A stretch of DNA of 62,479 nucleotides, counting the filler, from Sphacelaria rigidula (taxonomy: Eukaryota): assembly GCA_964200075.2 (NCBI GenBank). It is 10 parts of 10 records of this genome, joined end to end, with 100 filler letters (N's around TTAATTAATTAA, not from the genome) between each part and the next. Parts side by side here need not be neighbours in the genome. Positions count along the whole stretch, not along the records: positions 56,323 to 62,479 come from CAXNAA020021877.1; 9 more parts are not named here. One strand, 5' to 3'. A model generated the notes under the pieces. That model searched no databases. It saw only the letters and a list, made by a program, of their open reading frames with translations, and had not been told where the DNA came from. Every line of letters begins with the position of its first letter. The first letter of the stretch is position 1. Made by a program: the position numbers and the translations under genes. Shown here piece by piece: positions 60,580-62,479 of the stretch.

Positions 60580-61043
60580 TCCGTCGGACAGCTCATGGGC
60601 TACTGTACCTGGATATTACTCCCTGTTAGGGTACTGATCCGGATCATGAGCTATTCAGCTCATGTGCTCCCCTCTTCCCCATATTTTTCCCTTACAATGC
60701 CGGACCCGGAGCACGCGGAGTAGTGCAACGGTAGCGCTTGGGCTTCTCGGACCCCGCTGTCACACATTGGAGAGTGTCGGGAAACACTATTTTGTCATTT
60801 CAGAGTGCAGATATCTCGGGACTAGAATGCAGAATAAAAAAAGACATGTCATCGCAAAATGTCTAAGGGGATACCGCATTTGACGGAGCGGGGAAAATAC
60901 TTTTTCGCCATACTCTGATGCTGAGATATTTGCACTCTGAAATGCCAAAAAAAGGTTTTCCGAAACTCTGTATTTTGGGGTATTTGTTAGTAGAGTCCTC
61001 TTCGGTTAGGTATTTAGGCAGCTCATGAGCTGGCCGACGTGTG
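60580..61043. mobile_element. CACGTCGG-family MITE with a nested second inverted-repeat element (~60770-60970)
   Basis: Ends CGTCGGACAGCTCATG / CATGAGCTGGCCGACGTGTG. Inner arms CATTTCAGAGTGCAGATATCTC / GAGATATTTGCACTCTGAAATG. Confidence 0.7.
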
Positions 61044-62479
61044 TTTTTTTTCTGAACCCCTCCATGGCTCACTCAATCTGGCAACTTTGCTTTGTCATTT
61101 GAGTTGTACTCCGCGATTTCGAAACATGGTGTCCCAACGGTCGAGCACCATGTCAGTCACCCAACGGGAGTCTCGTTCTTGTTGGGGTGGAAAACACCGA
61201 CGGCGGGGTCTCCGGTGTCTAGGCCGTAGAAAGAGATGAAAACAAGCGTTGGCGACGTACTTCGGCCATTCGATTGTGTGCCGTGCGGTGGGTTGGACGG
61301 TGGCTGTGGAAGACCGACGGTGGTCAAACGTGGGTACACTTCGGACATACGTGGGTCCAAAATGGACAGAATGAGTATAAGATATATATATATATATATA
61401 TATATACATAGCAGTTGGTGCGATGGGTGCACTGAGACGATTGTCGGATAAAAGAGGGTATTCCGCGAGGTCCTTGTGCCCCTTGTGCTGTTTGGCCTTA
61501 AATCGCGCCGTTGTTCTCGCGAAAATTGGTGTACATGCTCTGCATGCGCTGTGGACGTGTCGCCTTTGCGTCGGGATCGACTCCCGAGTGGTATGGGCCT
61601 AGTACGGGCAGCTTCAACCCTTGCGCGTTCAGCTGCACTCACGCCTTGGCAGTAAAAGGGGGTGGGTGTACGAGTACCCACTTGTGTTTATGGTCCTTGA
61701 ACGTAACTAGTTATGTGTCAACCCTGGTTTCTGTACAACTTTTGGCCGACAGGCGCGCTTAGCTATCTCGATTGTTCTGGGGGGAGCTTGAACATCCCAG
61801 TGGTTGCTAGTGTTTATCTGCAATTGGTTAAAACTCACTTGCCACGACTCCAGCGGTGGTCGTACGGTGGATGGGCTCGGGGAAAAAAATCGGAACACTT
61901 GTAGAAAACGAGACTCGAACAGCAGAAAGAAGGACGTAGCATACAAGGGAGGAGAGCAACAAAGAATCCAGCAGGCCATCAAGAGACGAAACGAAACTTT
62001 ATCAGGTCAACCAATCAAATGCAATGGATTAATTTTATTTTTCATGTTTCGCCTCGAAGTGCAGCTTATCAGAGGTAGTCAAGCGGAGGAACCAGCGTCC
62101 AACCGACCAACGCTAAGTCAACTCAACCATTCAAATGCGACCAATATTTTTGATCTTCGAATGTGCTTCAAACTATGACTCATCGGTTGGAATCAAGTAA
62201 ATGTTTTGATTCTTCATGGACGTCGATGTACATGAATATTTGCTCAGATATTGCGCTCCCATCTCAAGATAATATATATTTTTTGTGTATATCACCTTTG
62301 AAACGGTGTGTTTGGCAGGGCAAATATTCGGGTATGTTCTCTCTCAAATTTAGTGTTGCGATGGTCCGATCTCAAAATTCTATCCAGGTATGGGGTAAAG
62401 TTAACCCGTTTGGGACCGGGCCTCCAGAACGACCAAGGGGCTGGTGAGGAATGACGTGTCTGGCGTCCAAACGAAACAG

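Overview
This is repeat-rich eukaryotic DNA, most likely from a brown alga (stramenopile). That assignment is inferred from the retroelement families and a heterokont-type plastid presequence. The window is not contiguous. It is ten unrelated contigs (nine of 6158 bp, the last of 6157 bp) joined by artificial 100-bp N44-TTAATTAATTAA-N44 linkers, so adjacency across linkers means nothing. Most of the sequence is decayed transposons: APE-type LINEs, an RTE LINE, Gypsy-like and Copia LTR elements, a tRNA-derived SINE, many MITEs or palindromes, and a 63-bp satellite. One intact host gene stands out (39250..40602, +). It is a single-ORF, probably plastid-targeted protein with what looks like a circularly permuted WCRKC-type thioredoxin: the cis-Pro 'LPTFVFF' C-terminal half lies before the WCRKC half. 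This is fused to a C-terminal DnaJ-type CxxCxGxG zinc finger. Secondary points of interest are a LINE whose copies end in, or insert into, C-runs instead of poly(A), and a two-LTR non-autonomous Gypsy-like element with no tRNA primer site. All alignments were done by eye; no database searches were run.
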